From positions 43,964,401 through 44,028,400 of the forward strand of contig CM120641.1 of NCBI GenBank assembly GCA_051362555.1: a DNA stretch of 64,000 nucleotides. The letters run 5' to 3'. The translations under genes were made by a program, and so were the position numbers. Position 1 is the stretch's first letter; every line of letters begins with the position of its first letter. The stretch is from Lingula anatina (Eukaryota > Animalia > Brachiopoda). Shown one piece after another: positions 36,403-49,233 of this stretch. The notes beneath the pieces were generated by a model, which worked only from the letters and a program-made list of their open reading frames with translations, had not been told where the DNA came from and made no database searches.

Positions 36403-37941
36403 TTTAAATGTCATCAAAAATCCCGTCAGCCTTGCGGCAGTATATCTCCTATGCTTCTTAACACTAGTAGGTAGTTAGCGTGATATTCAGGCTACGCAAC
36501 AGCCAATTAAATGTTCAATATGTGCGTAGTTGGTTGACGCTATTTATATTTGAATCCTTATCGCTAGGAATTCTTCACGGAGATTACACGGGCAAGGCTC
36601 TGGCATGGCATTAGGAGACTTGCTCGCCTACACAAACACTTGCCGAACTGATAACGGGCGGTACCACGCCCTGAACGCAATAAGGACTAATACTTGAACA
36701 ATGCGTTTAAACTGTGATTTGTTTAAGTCATTTTGACGGAACTTTTGTGCTGTGAGATTCTTTGCGAAGTTGATTTTGCATTCATTCTTTAAAAATATGA
36801 CGTTTGATGTTAATGTTTTCTTTCTTACTCTAGATGTAAAAGAAACCAAGAAAATATCGTAATTTAATGAGTGTATGAGTGTTGGGCTTCAAATGTATGT
36901 CTATAAGTAACTATTTTGTTTCTTTTTATGTGCATTTCACTATCATACTTTCTTACTTCGCCATTATACTTGTCGATTGTTTCGCCTCATGACCAGCGGT
37001 AATTACACCGTGAAAGTAAAACTTCACTTGTAAAGGCATTAATGTTGTCATTGCAAACTCACTGAAACCTTAAGGACAACCACGTCAAATTTTATTAAAA
37101 CCAAATCAAATAAATCAGAAGCAGAATATTAAGCTCCAATACCGTTCATGGAAAGTCACATAATCTCCTTACCAGTAATTTTTATAAGGCACCGTAGCAA
37201 GAAAAGATTAACGGGAAGTCGATTGCTTTATTTCCGTGCAAATAAAAATAAATAAGTTCGCTCAATAATAGAAAATGAATTGAAAGAAAAATGTAATAAT
37301 AATGGAATACACAATCTAATCAGATACGGAGTAGGTGCAACTTTTATTTTTAAAATGATACACGCGGAAGTGGGCTCTTGAATAAAATAATTTCTTGGTT
37401 GAATGTAAGCGTCAACGAACGTAAGCAATTAGAAATTAAGGGGGAATTCCTTATTTATAAATAAATCGATCTTGCGCATGGGCAGTATGAATAATGTAGA
37501 ATAATTATACTAAAAATACACAGTTGTTTTAAATGCGTCGAAGTTGGATATATTGTACCACACAGAGGCTCAAGGGGGAGGGAGATGACTGGGTTGCATT
37601 TTATTTGGAACACATCGGGCATGGATAAAGGAAGTGCGATTATCTAGTTGTTTTTAATTAATGGAAAAGCGATTTAGACTCTTAACAGCTATGACAATTA
37701 AAACGTGACCAATATCTACTATATTGTGAAAAGTTCGCCTTTTGTGCTTTTGAAAATTGTATTAACGCTTAGTGACATTTATCTTTTCGACTCATGTTAG
37801 AAACATTTATAACCTTGTCTTTTGTACATTAAAGCATGATGAAGAGGGTCGCCAAAATAGGAAGATTATCCAAATATGAATACTAGTCTAGAGAATAGGA
37901 ATTAAATGCAGTCAAATTTGTAAAAAAATTGTTAATCAGAA

Positions 37942-37980
37942 CTTGGACCTAAATAGAGAAGGTCTCTATTTAGGTCCAAG
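37942..37980. mobile_element. 39-bp hairpin mini-element with 7-bp target-site duplication
   Basis: CTTGGACCTAAATAGAGA-agg-TCTCTATTTAGGTCCAAG flanked by ATCAGAA at 37935-37941 and 37981-37987. Confidence 0.75.
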
Positions 37981-40127
37981 ATCAGAAATTTGGTAGTAAG
38001 GTAGCGCTAAATTTTAAGATTTTCAAATGCTTATCAAAAGCCTCAGGCGTTTTTTATTTTGCGTTTTTTACTTTATCATTCAGACATGTCAAGACTAATT
38101 TCATTCTAGTTATTTCTATTAGTCACAAGGGTAGGGCACATTGAGCCATGAACCAATATGTTTCTACGCGAGGGTGACATCATTAATGGGTGCTACTACG
38201 TTTCAGACAAGTGTGAGTATCAAAGGCGTGTAACCACATTTGTTGTGCGTGTTTGTTTTGCTCATGGGAAGATAAGTGTAAATAAAGATTTTAATTGAGA
38301 ATGATTTAGTGTGCGTAGAATTACATGTCTTACAAACAGTGGAGGTGTAGCAACATATGATTAAAAACCTTATATGTAGAATTTTTTTTGTTTCGCTTAT
38401 ATAGATAGAAATGAGCAATTTTCAAAATCTAAAAAAGATTATTTCAAATATCCGACGAATGATAACTACTGAGCACATAATTTAAACATAAACATAATTT
38501 AAAACCACTATAGATGCTGGCTTGGTCTTTTCTGTGACCATTTTCTCTAATGATATACACTTTATTACGCGTTGTTCGAGAGAAAAGGTTATCATGTTCC
38601 CACCATCAGTTGTACAGCTTATCATTGGTCGTAAATTGATGTTATGTTATTTACAGTTTATTTAAACTCAAGTGGACTTGAGAAATTGTTATCTCAAAAG
38701 CAATATATCCAACTGCTGGCATTCTCTTTCTCTCTTCTTTTTCTTGCTTTATTATGTTCTCTTTATTCGTCTACTCTGTTCCTCTTCTTTCCGCTTTCGC
38801 TCACTGATTTGAACAAGTTTGTTATAAGATGTATTCTGGCTAATAATATTCTCTCTCTCTCTTTTCTCCCCTCCCCCTATCTCTCTCAATATTCACACCT
38901 TCATTCATGAGTGCCATCGACCATATCACGTTCAACAGAGCAACATGAATACACAATAATTTATCTTGTCGAAATATTTATTCAAGATAATTGCTGTCAA
39001 ATCGAACACTCTGATGATCTCTTCGTATGTACACTCTGCTGCTTTGTGTAGCTATGAAGTAGATGGTGTCAGTTGCCAAGGCAACCGCATCAAATCAGAC
39101 TTATCGGTCATATTTGTCTGAAAATGTTAAGTGCATTACATGCTGTGATTACATGTATTTAGCGTTAATTGCCAGTGAAATAATCGTCCAGAGATCTTTC
39201 CTCTGGTGGTGCATTGCACGTGAGCGCGTACACGAACGCGTGTGCACAAACAAACACACCCATTGCATTTTGATCATTTATCTGTAAAGCATTTTATCAA
39301 GTTAACGATTTTGGAATTTAAATTCAGTTTAATCTGAATTAAAATTCCAAAATCGTCTCAATTTCAGCTTTCTTTTGTCACTGAAAGGACAAAAACGTGA
39401 TTTGTATCCATGGTAATAGAAGTCATCATTAACTATTAAGTGAATTACCTGAAATCTTAACACTCTATTCTAAACCTCGTGTTCATTAATAGAATTGCAC
39501 AACCATAAGCCCTAAGGCGTGGCATAGCCATGGAGAGGCTGTGAGACAACTCCTTGGGTTTTAATCCCGATATTTTGATCACAGATGACATGTTGAAGAA
39601 TATGTCCACGTTACGCAAACAAATCTTCTGAACTACACATTCCAAACAGATTACAACCTGCCGCGTAGGCTGCATAGGGTATTACCGTTGTTCTGCCACA
39701 TTATTATTTATCATTTTAAAAACCATTACATTTTGATTCACTAGACGTGAACCCAATTTCCGTTTATTAAATGAGATTTGAATGGATCAATGGATTTACG
39801 TTTTGGTTTATTTTATAATGTTTGTGTGATTTCAAACAGAATCTCATATTAGTCTTCTAGGCGTTTCACGGAAGTGGGGAGTTATTCCTTATTCCGGCAG
39901 CAGTGATTTATATTATTTTCATATTATTAACTATAAGGGGAAAATGCAACGAATTTTAGCGTTGCCGTATTTGTTATCTACGTTTGATTGAAATTTTGGT
40001 TGAGATATGGGGCAATATTCTTCGCTATAAAGACGATATTGTATTTTGATATTTCAACATCGTTTTTAGTACACCTAAAATCGTCGTATAAATCTTCCGT
40101 TCCTCTCCCGGACACCCTCACCCACAT

Positions 40128-40129
<2 letters not shown>

Positions 40130-40175
<46 letters not shown>
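40130..40175. repeat. (GA)n microsatellite
   Basis: GA run; another lies at ~32323-32352. Confidence 0.9.
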
Positions 40176-42577
40176 AGGAGGGGGGATGAAAATATTTACA
40201 ATTAGAACTATCCCTAGTAATGCGCTACAAATAATAGTAAATAACTAGTGAAATAACAATTATGCCATTTCTATCCTTATCATGACTACTTTCATAAACC
40301 CCCATAATGATTACGACAAAGACTTATTTTCGCCTTTCCTTGTGTTTTCTTCTCTATGAATTCAAGATAATTCGAGATGCCAGACAGCAGTGACTACAGC
40401 GGGTCATGTGCACCCGATTCAAAGGTACCTACTTCTCACTAAAAAGGGTAAAAAAAGGAAAATATGCGTAACCAGCCAAAACCTGAAATGTTTCTATCCA
40501 GTTTTAAAATAAATTTTGTCCGGGTGAAAACTTTTTTGTCTGGACTATGTCATATAAAAAAATTATCTACGTCTATTTGTCGAGATCTTATATCCACGCA
40601 ACCCCCTCACCCATTATGTATAAGAGGTTTGTAAACTATTTTTTTTATCAATAAAGTATCAAACCAATAACAAGGCGACTACCGTGCCCCTCTCAGCGTG
40701 ACAGTGGTCAACTCATTACGTATTGACACAGGATGGGCCGGTCTATGAGAGGAGGATGCCCAGGCAAACACGTCTAGATAAGACCGTGCTTGAGGTGTGA
40801 ATGCCTTTGTTGGCAGGCCCGTCATGATTGATGGCATTATTCAATAACGTAACCCTTAATCTTCAGTGTCAACTGATCGCCGTCATATACGGTATATGGA
40901 GGACATGGGTCGGAGACACAAAAGAACGGAACGACATCAGTTGGTCCTAACTTAATAAAAAAGAATTTCTAGTCTAATTTGACCCAGGTTAAATCAGTGA
41001 CTATTTTTATGAAACGGGAAAACGGTTCATGCCTGAGACCAAAAGTTACTTTAATTAGGTAGACATTCATGTACAGATAGATCTGGGACTGATTAAAATA
41101 TTTCAGTTACACTTACTGCACCTTGCTAAATCTTTAACTAGAAGGCTTGCAATCAGCAAACAAATCCCATTTAGCAATACGAAATCATTCACACAATCAC
41201 CTAAGCAATAAAATCTGGTAAATAATTACACATAGAAGTTCTATAACTATAAAACGGAGACTTAATTTACAAAAATGAAATACGTATCTTAAATCTCAAA
41301 AAAGGAATAATTACATAATAAATAACATTTACTACAATCTGAGGCAAAGCATTGACGAAAGCATCTTCAGAAAACCTTAACGGTAGCCTTAATAGTAGTG
41401 CTTATCAAAACATAACTTAATACTTCAAATAAAATGTAAGATATTAAATCATGGATTTTTAATAATCATCACTGACATAACTTTCTTCAAAATATTTCGC
41501 ATTAAGTGGCAAAGAAAAATTAAACAGAAGTCTTTTTGCTACTTAACCCTTTCTTGTAAGATAAAAAGTGACATCACCCCTCCCCAAAGTTATTTAAACA
41601 GCTGCGTAGGTGAGTCTAATTTGTTCTGGAATTAATGCAATTTTACATAATTGTATAATTTCTTTAAATCAAAATACAATTTAAGGTAGAATGTAATCAC
41701 AGCTGCTACATGACCGATTCTAAGATAATGCTACGATTAGGTTATGTATATACGTTTTAAATAAAGAAAGAACATGTTTATTAATTTCTACTGGAATGTG
41801 AACATGATTATTCACTGAAACAATGCAGATGAGCAAATGTGTGTCTTACAACAGACAAGATCGACTTTTACTATGTGTTTACCGGAGGCCCGCAAGACGA
41901 TGACGTCAATTCTGGCAAAACGTCTTTCGAGGTACAGAATTAGTCAGAGAACTGTCTGTGAAAATTCAGTGAAAACAATCTCTCTGTGACAAAAAAAAAA
42001 AAGAAAGAAAAAAAAAGAATTCCTTGTCTAATTTGGCTCAAGTTAAATCAGTTACTGTTTTATGAAGCGGAAGAAATGTTAATGTTTGATATCAATATTT
42101 ATTTAATTGGGTGTAATTTCATGCAAACGTGTTTTTTTTTAATTAATTTTTTTAATATATAAAATAATTTGAATTCTCTTTTGAAATCGGCCCTATCGTT
42201 TGCAAGGGAAGGCTCTTGTTTTACACTGGCTGATTTGCCTATTTGTGGCGCATTTCGCATCTAAAACAATGGATTCTGGAAAAGAAATGGAAAAGAAAGC
42301 TGTTCATTCACTGACTTGATTAGAATTGATACATTTTTCATTAATTACATTGCGTTAAGTTCGAGTCACAATGATAGAAAAGCCAGATATTAACTTAACG
42401 GTCACTCGTGGCCTACTGAAGAGTTCAAATCAAACACTAATATTGATTTCAAAGAAAAAAATTATCTATTTTTCAATCATGCTGATTCCACCCCCCCCCC
42501 CCCCATTCCATGACATAATATTCTGTTCATGAATATCTTGTGAATATATGACTTTCTTGTTGTAACACAGACAATAG

Positions 42578-42712
42578 CTACCCTCTACCAGGGCGACAGA
42601 TTAATTTTTCACAAGATATTCACAGATATGCCTTTAGATAAATAGACAGTCATTTCATTCCCTTACAATTTCAAAATTTCCCTATAATATCTGCCACCCT
42701 GGTAGAGGGTAG
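42578..42712. mobile_element. Short MITE-like element
   Basis: 16-bp perfect inverted repeats CTACCCTCTACCAGGG (42578-42593) and CCCTGGTAGAGGGTAG (42697-42712); no clear TSD. Confidence 0.6.
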
Positions 42713-43606
42713 ACATTATCCAGAGTCACTTTGTTGAAGCAAATCGTGCACTGTTATGTGAATTTACTGGCTGATGCCATTGTGTTAGTGAAGACATACA
42801 TTGCGTCAAGTGATGTTCACAACTTTTTGTTTAGGTTCTCCAAAAAGTATTCGGTTTTGTTTACTTTAGATGTACATCACAGCTGTTATTATTTTTGTTG
42901 AGAAAACCTAAAAACGAACTAATCACAATGACAACGGTCTTCACTGCAATAAAAACTGACGGAATCAAAAACTAAAAATGTTTACAAAATACCGTAGGCG
43001 CACATGTTCATGTTCGGCCACTTTGGTTACCCATGAGCTCAGTTTTCCAGCTCTAGCGAAACTGCATTTTCAAAGTATCTCAAAGAACAAATGATGCACG
43101 TTGTGATGAGAAGATAGCTCATTATATCTTCATCGGGGCAGCGGCTAATACATGTTCACAGTAGAATTTAAATTGAGGTTTTTAGAATATATAATTTTTC
43201 ATTTACATTCGATTCCACATTAACAACGAACACAGAAATATATTCCCCTCACTACATTTGCAGCTGTAAAACCACTCGTCAGTTACTACTTTACACGCTG
43301 TCAGAGGCCTTAATCTATATAACTTTAATATTATTATTTATGTGAATAATGGTTAAGTTATATTACTGTGGTCATTTTTCTTTAAGGATATTCATTACTC
43401 CTTTTTTGTCCCTTCTCCAAGGTCAGTATACAAATGGTTATTAATCTGCATCCAGGTCAATGTTTAATTTCGCAGAACTACGTTATCGGGGATATAGCAA
43501 AGGTTATCCACATGTTAAGTTAAGGTCTCATATGGATGTTTTCACATGAGTCCTTGCACGCTGTGCCGGTCAGTTGTTTTCAACCTGTCTTTCACCGATA
43601 TCCATT

Positions 43607-44429
43607 ATGAAACTGACGGGTGCTTCGCTGGTTTTGACTCTCATCATAATATTAATTAAGGTCAGTTTTTCATATCTCTCTTTCACACACACGTGCGCGA
43701 CCACGCATGCACACCCACACATACGCACGCACGCACACAGTAACTTGAAATCTACTTCGTATCCTTCTTTAAAAATTAATCAGAGTTATGCAATTCAGAT
43801 ATTATGGCGTTTTGTGGCATTGCAACTTTCTTCAGAAATACAAATTTGCCACTGTGACTCCTCGAATGTATTTATTAGCGTTCAGATTTTAATCAATAGA
43901 ATAAAGCAGATATTTAGATTAACACAATTTGAAGTACTTTTAAAAATTGTAGCTCCTAACAAAAGTGGATTCCACTGGGAAGATTGCAGTGCAGCTGCTT
44001 ACCTTCAAGAATCAAAATTATAAAAGTGCAAATGGACAGTGCTGCGACACTTTTCTGACATTCTGGTGCAATACAGACAAATGTGATACGACGTTCAAAT
44101 TGTGCTTTGACGGCAGCAGCGGGTAGGTGTAAAGGGCAAAAACTGTAAGATAGACGGTTCTTGTATAATCAGTCTAAAATCAGTAGGCCCCTACATGTAC
44201 GTTAAAGTCCTGAATCAGTTAATATCATTTCGTTTTATTTGTAATGAACTTTCACTTTGAATACAATGAGTGATTGAAATATAAGCATTAGAAATCAAAA
44301 TGTTACATTTTCACAATACATGTCAACTGAAATGAATTTTTTAAATGTGTAAATTTTTTAAATTGCAAAGCAGAACAGAACATTGAAAATTGCCTGATGA
44401 GCACATCTATGAAATTCGACACGTGCACC

Positions 44430-44489
<60 letters not shown>

Positions 44490-47400
44490 GAAGGTATTAC
44501 CGAATCTTAGATTTCGATTTGTAACCTCTGAAAGATGATCCATATACTTCTTATTGTTCCTATGCGTTGTGAACACAATTCAATTTTACTGAAAGTTCTG
44601 TTTTTGTTTAGTAGGTTGGAAATAGGCTAAAATGTACATACTTTGTATTATATTCTAGGAGCAATTCCATGGATTCATTGGATATCTGGGGGACATAAAG
44701 AAAAATGACATAAATTTTAGAAATGAAAATGTATTTAAAGAGCCATTTGTTGCAAATCTTACCTCATGGCCGGTAAGTGTACTTACACACATGCCAAGAG
44801 ATTTTATGTAACCGTGAATACATGCTCTTTATTCGCCTTTTTGGGATGCTTCTTGTAAGGCTGAATGTTCAGGAGTGATAGATAAAAAAACTGTATGGAT
44901 GTATGTTTAGCAGATATTCGGTGGGGTTTTCATCCACTCGATTTAAACTGTTAAATCGTGCTAAATTCTGAATTTGCCTTTTAGCAATTTATTTAATATC
45001 ATGCTTGCCGCTACAATTAATAGAAAAATCTTATGCGAAGTTTTATCTTCATATAATATACTTTTTCACTGTGAAAAATGTTAATGCGATGCGTCAATTT
45101 AGGGTTCCTTCAAATTAAAAGTGGATGTTAAGGATTTAGATGGAGGCCAATCAGGAGACGACGATCCTATTGACTTCCTTCAGACGACCATTACAACAGC
45201 CGCCGCCCCCAGTGAGAACGCTGCATCCTGGACCTCAGTGTCCTTGCAGGGAACTAGAGGGACAGAACCCACGTCGTATGTTGTATTAAATACCATCTGT
45301 TTAACTCGTTATATAGGTTATCTTATAATCTGTATATCTGTTTTCCCGATAGGTTTGCTAATATCACCTCTTAACATAAGGTCTAAACGATTTCTTAAAT
45401 TGCTTTAAATCATTTAGTTAAAGTTAAACATGTTACAGTAGTCTACTTCCAATGAAGCTGGATTAATTCGTTTTAACTTAAAACAATGACACACTTCCTC
45501 TAAGACGTCTGTTTATTATTCAAATCTGTTATTCTAATACAATGTTGATATTTTTAGACTGACTCTTCAGATCAAAGTGTATTGCGACCCAGGTAAGTTT
45601 GTATTCGATCACCATAAATAACGGACTGTAAATTTCTTATGCACTGTCTTTTAGATTAGAAAAATATGGACACAGAAATAATAAAATAAAGGTACCCTGT
45701 AGTCGGTAGCGAGTTTAGAGTAAATAGTATTTACCCAGTAATGTGCAGAATTGCATCGTATATCGTCATGTATATCGCTTTCTGCGTAGTGCTGTCATCG
45801 TACTAACACACAAACAATACATAAATGAATGAATATAGCAAATCTTCAGATCACTTCTTATGCTTGTCCATTTTGCTGGTATGTACATGTATATCCACTC
45901 TGTCGCACTTTGCCTCCCTCGTTCCCTTGCCCTTCCACTTCTATTTATCATGTTTTCCCATCACTTTCCTGACTCAGCATTGCGACCTCTAGAAATGGCC
46001 AGTTTATAAGCAACCGATCATTATTATACCTACACCCATCTTTTTTTAGTTCTGCTCAGGTCTTTTTACTGGTGTAATTCACATTATATTGAACACGTGT
46101 TTACAATAACACATTTACTTTGATTCCATAAAAAATATTACAAACTGCTATACTACCTCCACCAATTCCTCTTTTTCATACCAAGCGAGAACACTTTGGC
46201 CCGGGAAGTAATAAAAAAGTCAGGGTGCCACTCTACTAAAGACATACCAATGTACACTTTGAGTTGGTATTGGCGGGGGGGACGGATCAGTTATGTAACT
46301 CTTTCCTCATAATTTGCTGAAACAGCAACTGATTAAAAATACGATATTTATTATGGATATTTATTTGTCATATATACATCACTCTTTTGTCTACTTTAGG
46401 TTTCACTGGGGCTGACTGTGCAATTAACATAAATGAGTGTGCTAGTAGTCCTTGCAGTACTAACCAAACTTGCCAGGATAATATCAATTCTTACACGTGC
46501 CTCTGCCCACCTGGGACTACAGGTAGTGTCTGCCAGACGGACCTGGACAGATGCGCCAACAGTCCTTGCAAGAACGGAGCCACGTGTCAGGACGGGGTGA
46601 ATAACTACACTTGCCAATGTGCGGCTGGGTTTAAGGGGATCAACTGCGAAGTGAACATCGACGACTGTGCAAGTAGCCCTTGTCAGAACGGTGGTGTATG
46701 TACAGACATGGTCAATGCCTACTCATGCCAATGCCGACCGGGATTCACAGGAACCAACTGCCAAACTGACATTGATGAATGCGCTAGTGGGCCATGTCAG
46801 AACGGGGCAACCTGTACACAGGGTATCAACACATACACATGTCAGTGTCCTTCTGAATACACTGGACGAAATTGTCAAACAAGGATCGCCAATGGCTGCT
46901 CTAGCTTCCCTTGCCAAAATACTGGGATATGTACACCAACAGGTGGCCTTACCTACACGTGTCAGTGTGTAAGAGGCTTTACCGGAACAAACTGTGAGAC
47001 AAATATCAGTGAATGCGCCAGCAACCCTTGTCAAAACCGCGGCATATGCATCAACGACATCAACAGGTATATCTGTCAATGCGCAGGTGGCTTTACCGGC
47101 ACAGACTGTGAGATCAATATCAATGAATGCGACAGTAACCCTTGCCAACATGGCGCCACTTGTCTGGACGGTGCAAATTCATATTCTTGTCAGTGTGTTA
47201 ACGGTTTCACGGGAACAAACTGTGAGACCAACATTAACGAGTGTGCCAGTGTTCCATGTCAGAACGGTGGTTTATGTACAGACACGGTCAATGCCTACTC
47301 ACGCCAATGCCGCCCGGGATTTACTGGAACCAACTGCCAAACTGACATTGATGAATGCGCTAGTGGACCATGTCAGAACGGGGCAACCTGTACACAGGGT

Positions 47401-48424
47401 ATCAACACATACACGTGTCAGTGTCCTTCTGAATACACTGGACGAAATTGTCAAACAAGGATCGCCAATGGCTGCTCTAGCTTCCCTTGCCAAAATACTG
47501 GGATATGTACACCAACAGGTGGCCTTACCTACACGTGTCAGTGTTTAAGAGGGTTTACCGGCACAAACTGTGAGACAAATATCAATGAATGCGCAAGTAA
47601 CCCTTGCAAAAATGGCGCCACTTGTGTAAACGGCATGAATTCATATTCATGTGTGTGTGCTGAAGGTTTCAAGGGAGTTAATTGCGAAACAAACATTGAC
47701 GAATGTGCAGACAAACCATGCCAGAATAATGCCAAGTGCCAGGACGGCATTAATGGATTCGCCTGCAATTGTCCCAGTGGGTTTACTGGTGCCAGATGCC
47801 AGAATAAAATCAGTTATTGTGACGGACAGCCATGTGGACAGTCGGGCACGTGTGTGGAAATGGCAGATGGATATCGCTGTAAATATCCTTCTGGACAGGC
47901 TAGTGATCGCTACCAGGTGCCGCTGATGTGCAAGAAAAACCCGTGTCAGAACCGAGGTATCTGCGTCATGGACAATACCACAGCTGTGTGTTTCTGCAGA
48001 GACGGATATTTTGGAAGCACCTGTCAGTTTTCTCTGCGCCAGGTGACTGGGTCTTTCTCTGGCAATTACGTGTGCTCCTTCAAGTGCAGATGCAAACACG
48101 GCATGAAAGGTGAGTATAAGTTCAGTAAGAAAAACTTAACGCCATTTTAATAACTTTTATTTTTATGTGTACCATTTGAAATAATAAACAATAATGAAAT
48201 TCTTTTTGTTAATTCAGATTCAGTGTAGAAATTATTTTACCGCATCCAAATACTGATGTTTGATGAAAGAAAATAATTTTTCAGGTCCGAAGTGCGACGA
48301 GCGAGACCCATGTGCATATATCAGTTGTCATAATAAAGGTGTCTGCGTCTCTGAGTCCGAAATTTCGTTTACATGTCTCTGTCCTAAGGGGCATTGTGGT
48401 CGATTTTGTGAAACTCCATGCTAA
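43607..48424 (+). pseudogene. Cluster gene 2: secreted MNNL/C2-EGF paralog, frameshifted (pseudogene or null allele)
   Basis: Exons 43607-43660, 43953-44122, 44659-44772, 45103-45275, 45558-45592, 46400-48109, 48285-48424. Exon 3 is 114 nt versus 130 nt in gene 4 (TGTGCTTACGGTTCCT missing), giving TAA at 44696-44698. One EGF has Cys>Arg (AYSRQC). AATAAA at 48537-48542. Confidence 0.8.
44432..44487. repeat. (TA)n microsatellite
   Basis: Perfect TA run in gene 2 intron 2. Confidence 0.95.
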
Positions 48425-49129
48425 TTGGTTAATACTCCTGAGTCTACACATAGTACCGGTAGCGATTCCTTACGACGCAAAAAATTGATATCAAAATTTC
48501 CATCTTACCAAAAATGTAACTGTTTCATTGAAGGACAATAAAATCATTGTCTGAGCATGATTTTTTGTTCAAATATTTCTGTGTTAAGATATTATACATG
48601 CATTACACACAGGAAAACTAAGGTATATGACGAATACCTGTATGAATTTCACATTTCAAAACGAGCAATTTTAAAGAAAAATAATCTGCGGTCTGTTTCA
48701 CAAGAAATAATAAGATAATAATTGATTTAAACGATAAATCCAGGCAATTTGGTCTAATTCAGGTACTGTCAACAAGGCTAAAATGCCTATTTTTCGCATC
48801 TTCCGCTGATTTTAGCGCCCTGTATCAGTGTCACGGCCCACTGGTTTTATAGAACTACCGCCCTGTAATGATTCATTATATATTTGTGTATCATTATGCG
48901 ATATCAAAAAGAGTATAGACTGCCAAAGGAATAAAAGTTACTTTATATAAGCCTCTTTTCAGGATAAGCGTCTAGTCTAATAAGGCCGCATCCACATCAT
49001 ATAATTCAGCTTTGTCATTTGCTTGCGCTTTGCCTCACGCGACCTAAACATCACTACTCCGAGTCAGGTTAGCTAGCTACAGATTAAGTGAACCTGTTGC
49101 TCGTTTGGCGCTGTAAACTAAGGAATCTG

Positions 49130-49153
49130 TAGCGATAAGGAATCAAATATAAA
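49130..49153 (+). promoter_or_regulatory. GATA + TATA core promoter block of gene 3, conserved with gene 1
   Basis: TAGCGATAAGGAATCAAATATAAA here; TAGCGATAAGGATTCAAATATAAA on the minus strand at 36543-36566 upstream of gene 1. Confidence 0.55.
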
Positions 49154-49233
49154 CAACATCAATCACCTGTGCGAAATGTCGTGCAATTGGCATTTGCGTA
49201 GCCTGAATATCACACCGACATCTAAGTGTTAAA

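Noticed and set aside
36628-43500. Small ORFs or a hidden fifth paralog in the gene 1-gene 2 spacer
   Set aside because: I found no family motifs or consistent splice structure; the ORFs look like AT-rich noise.
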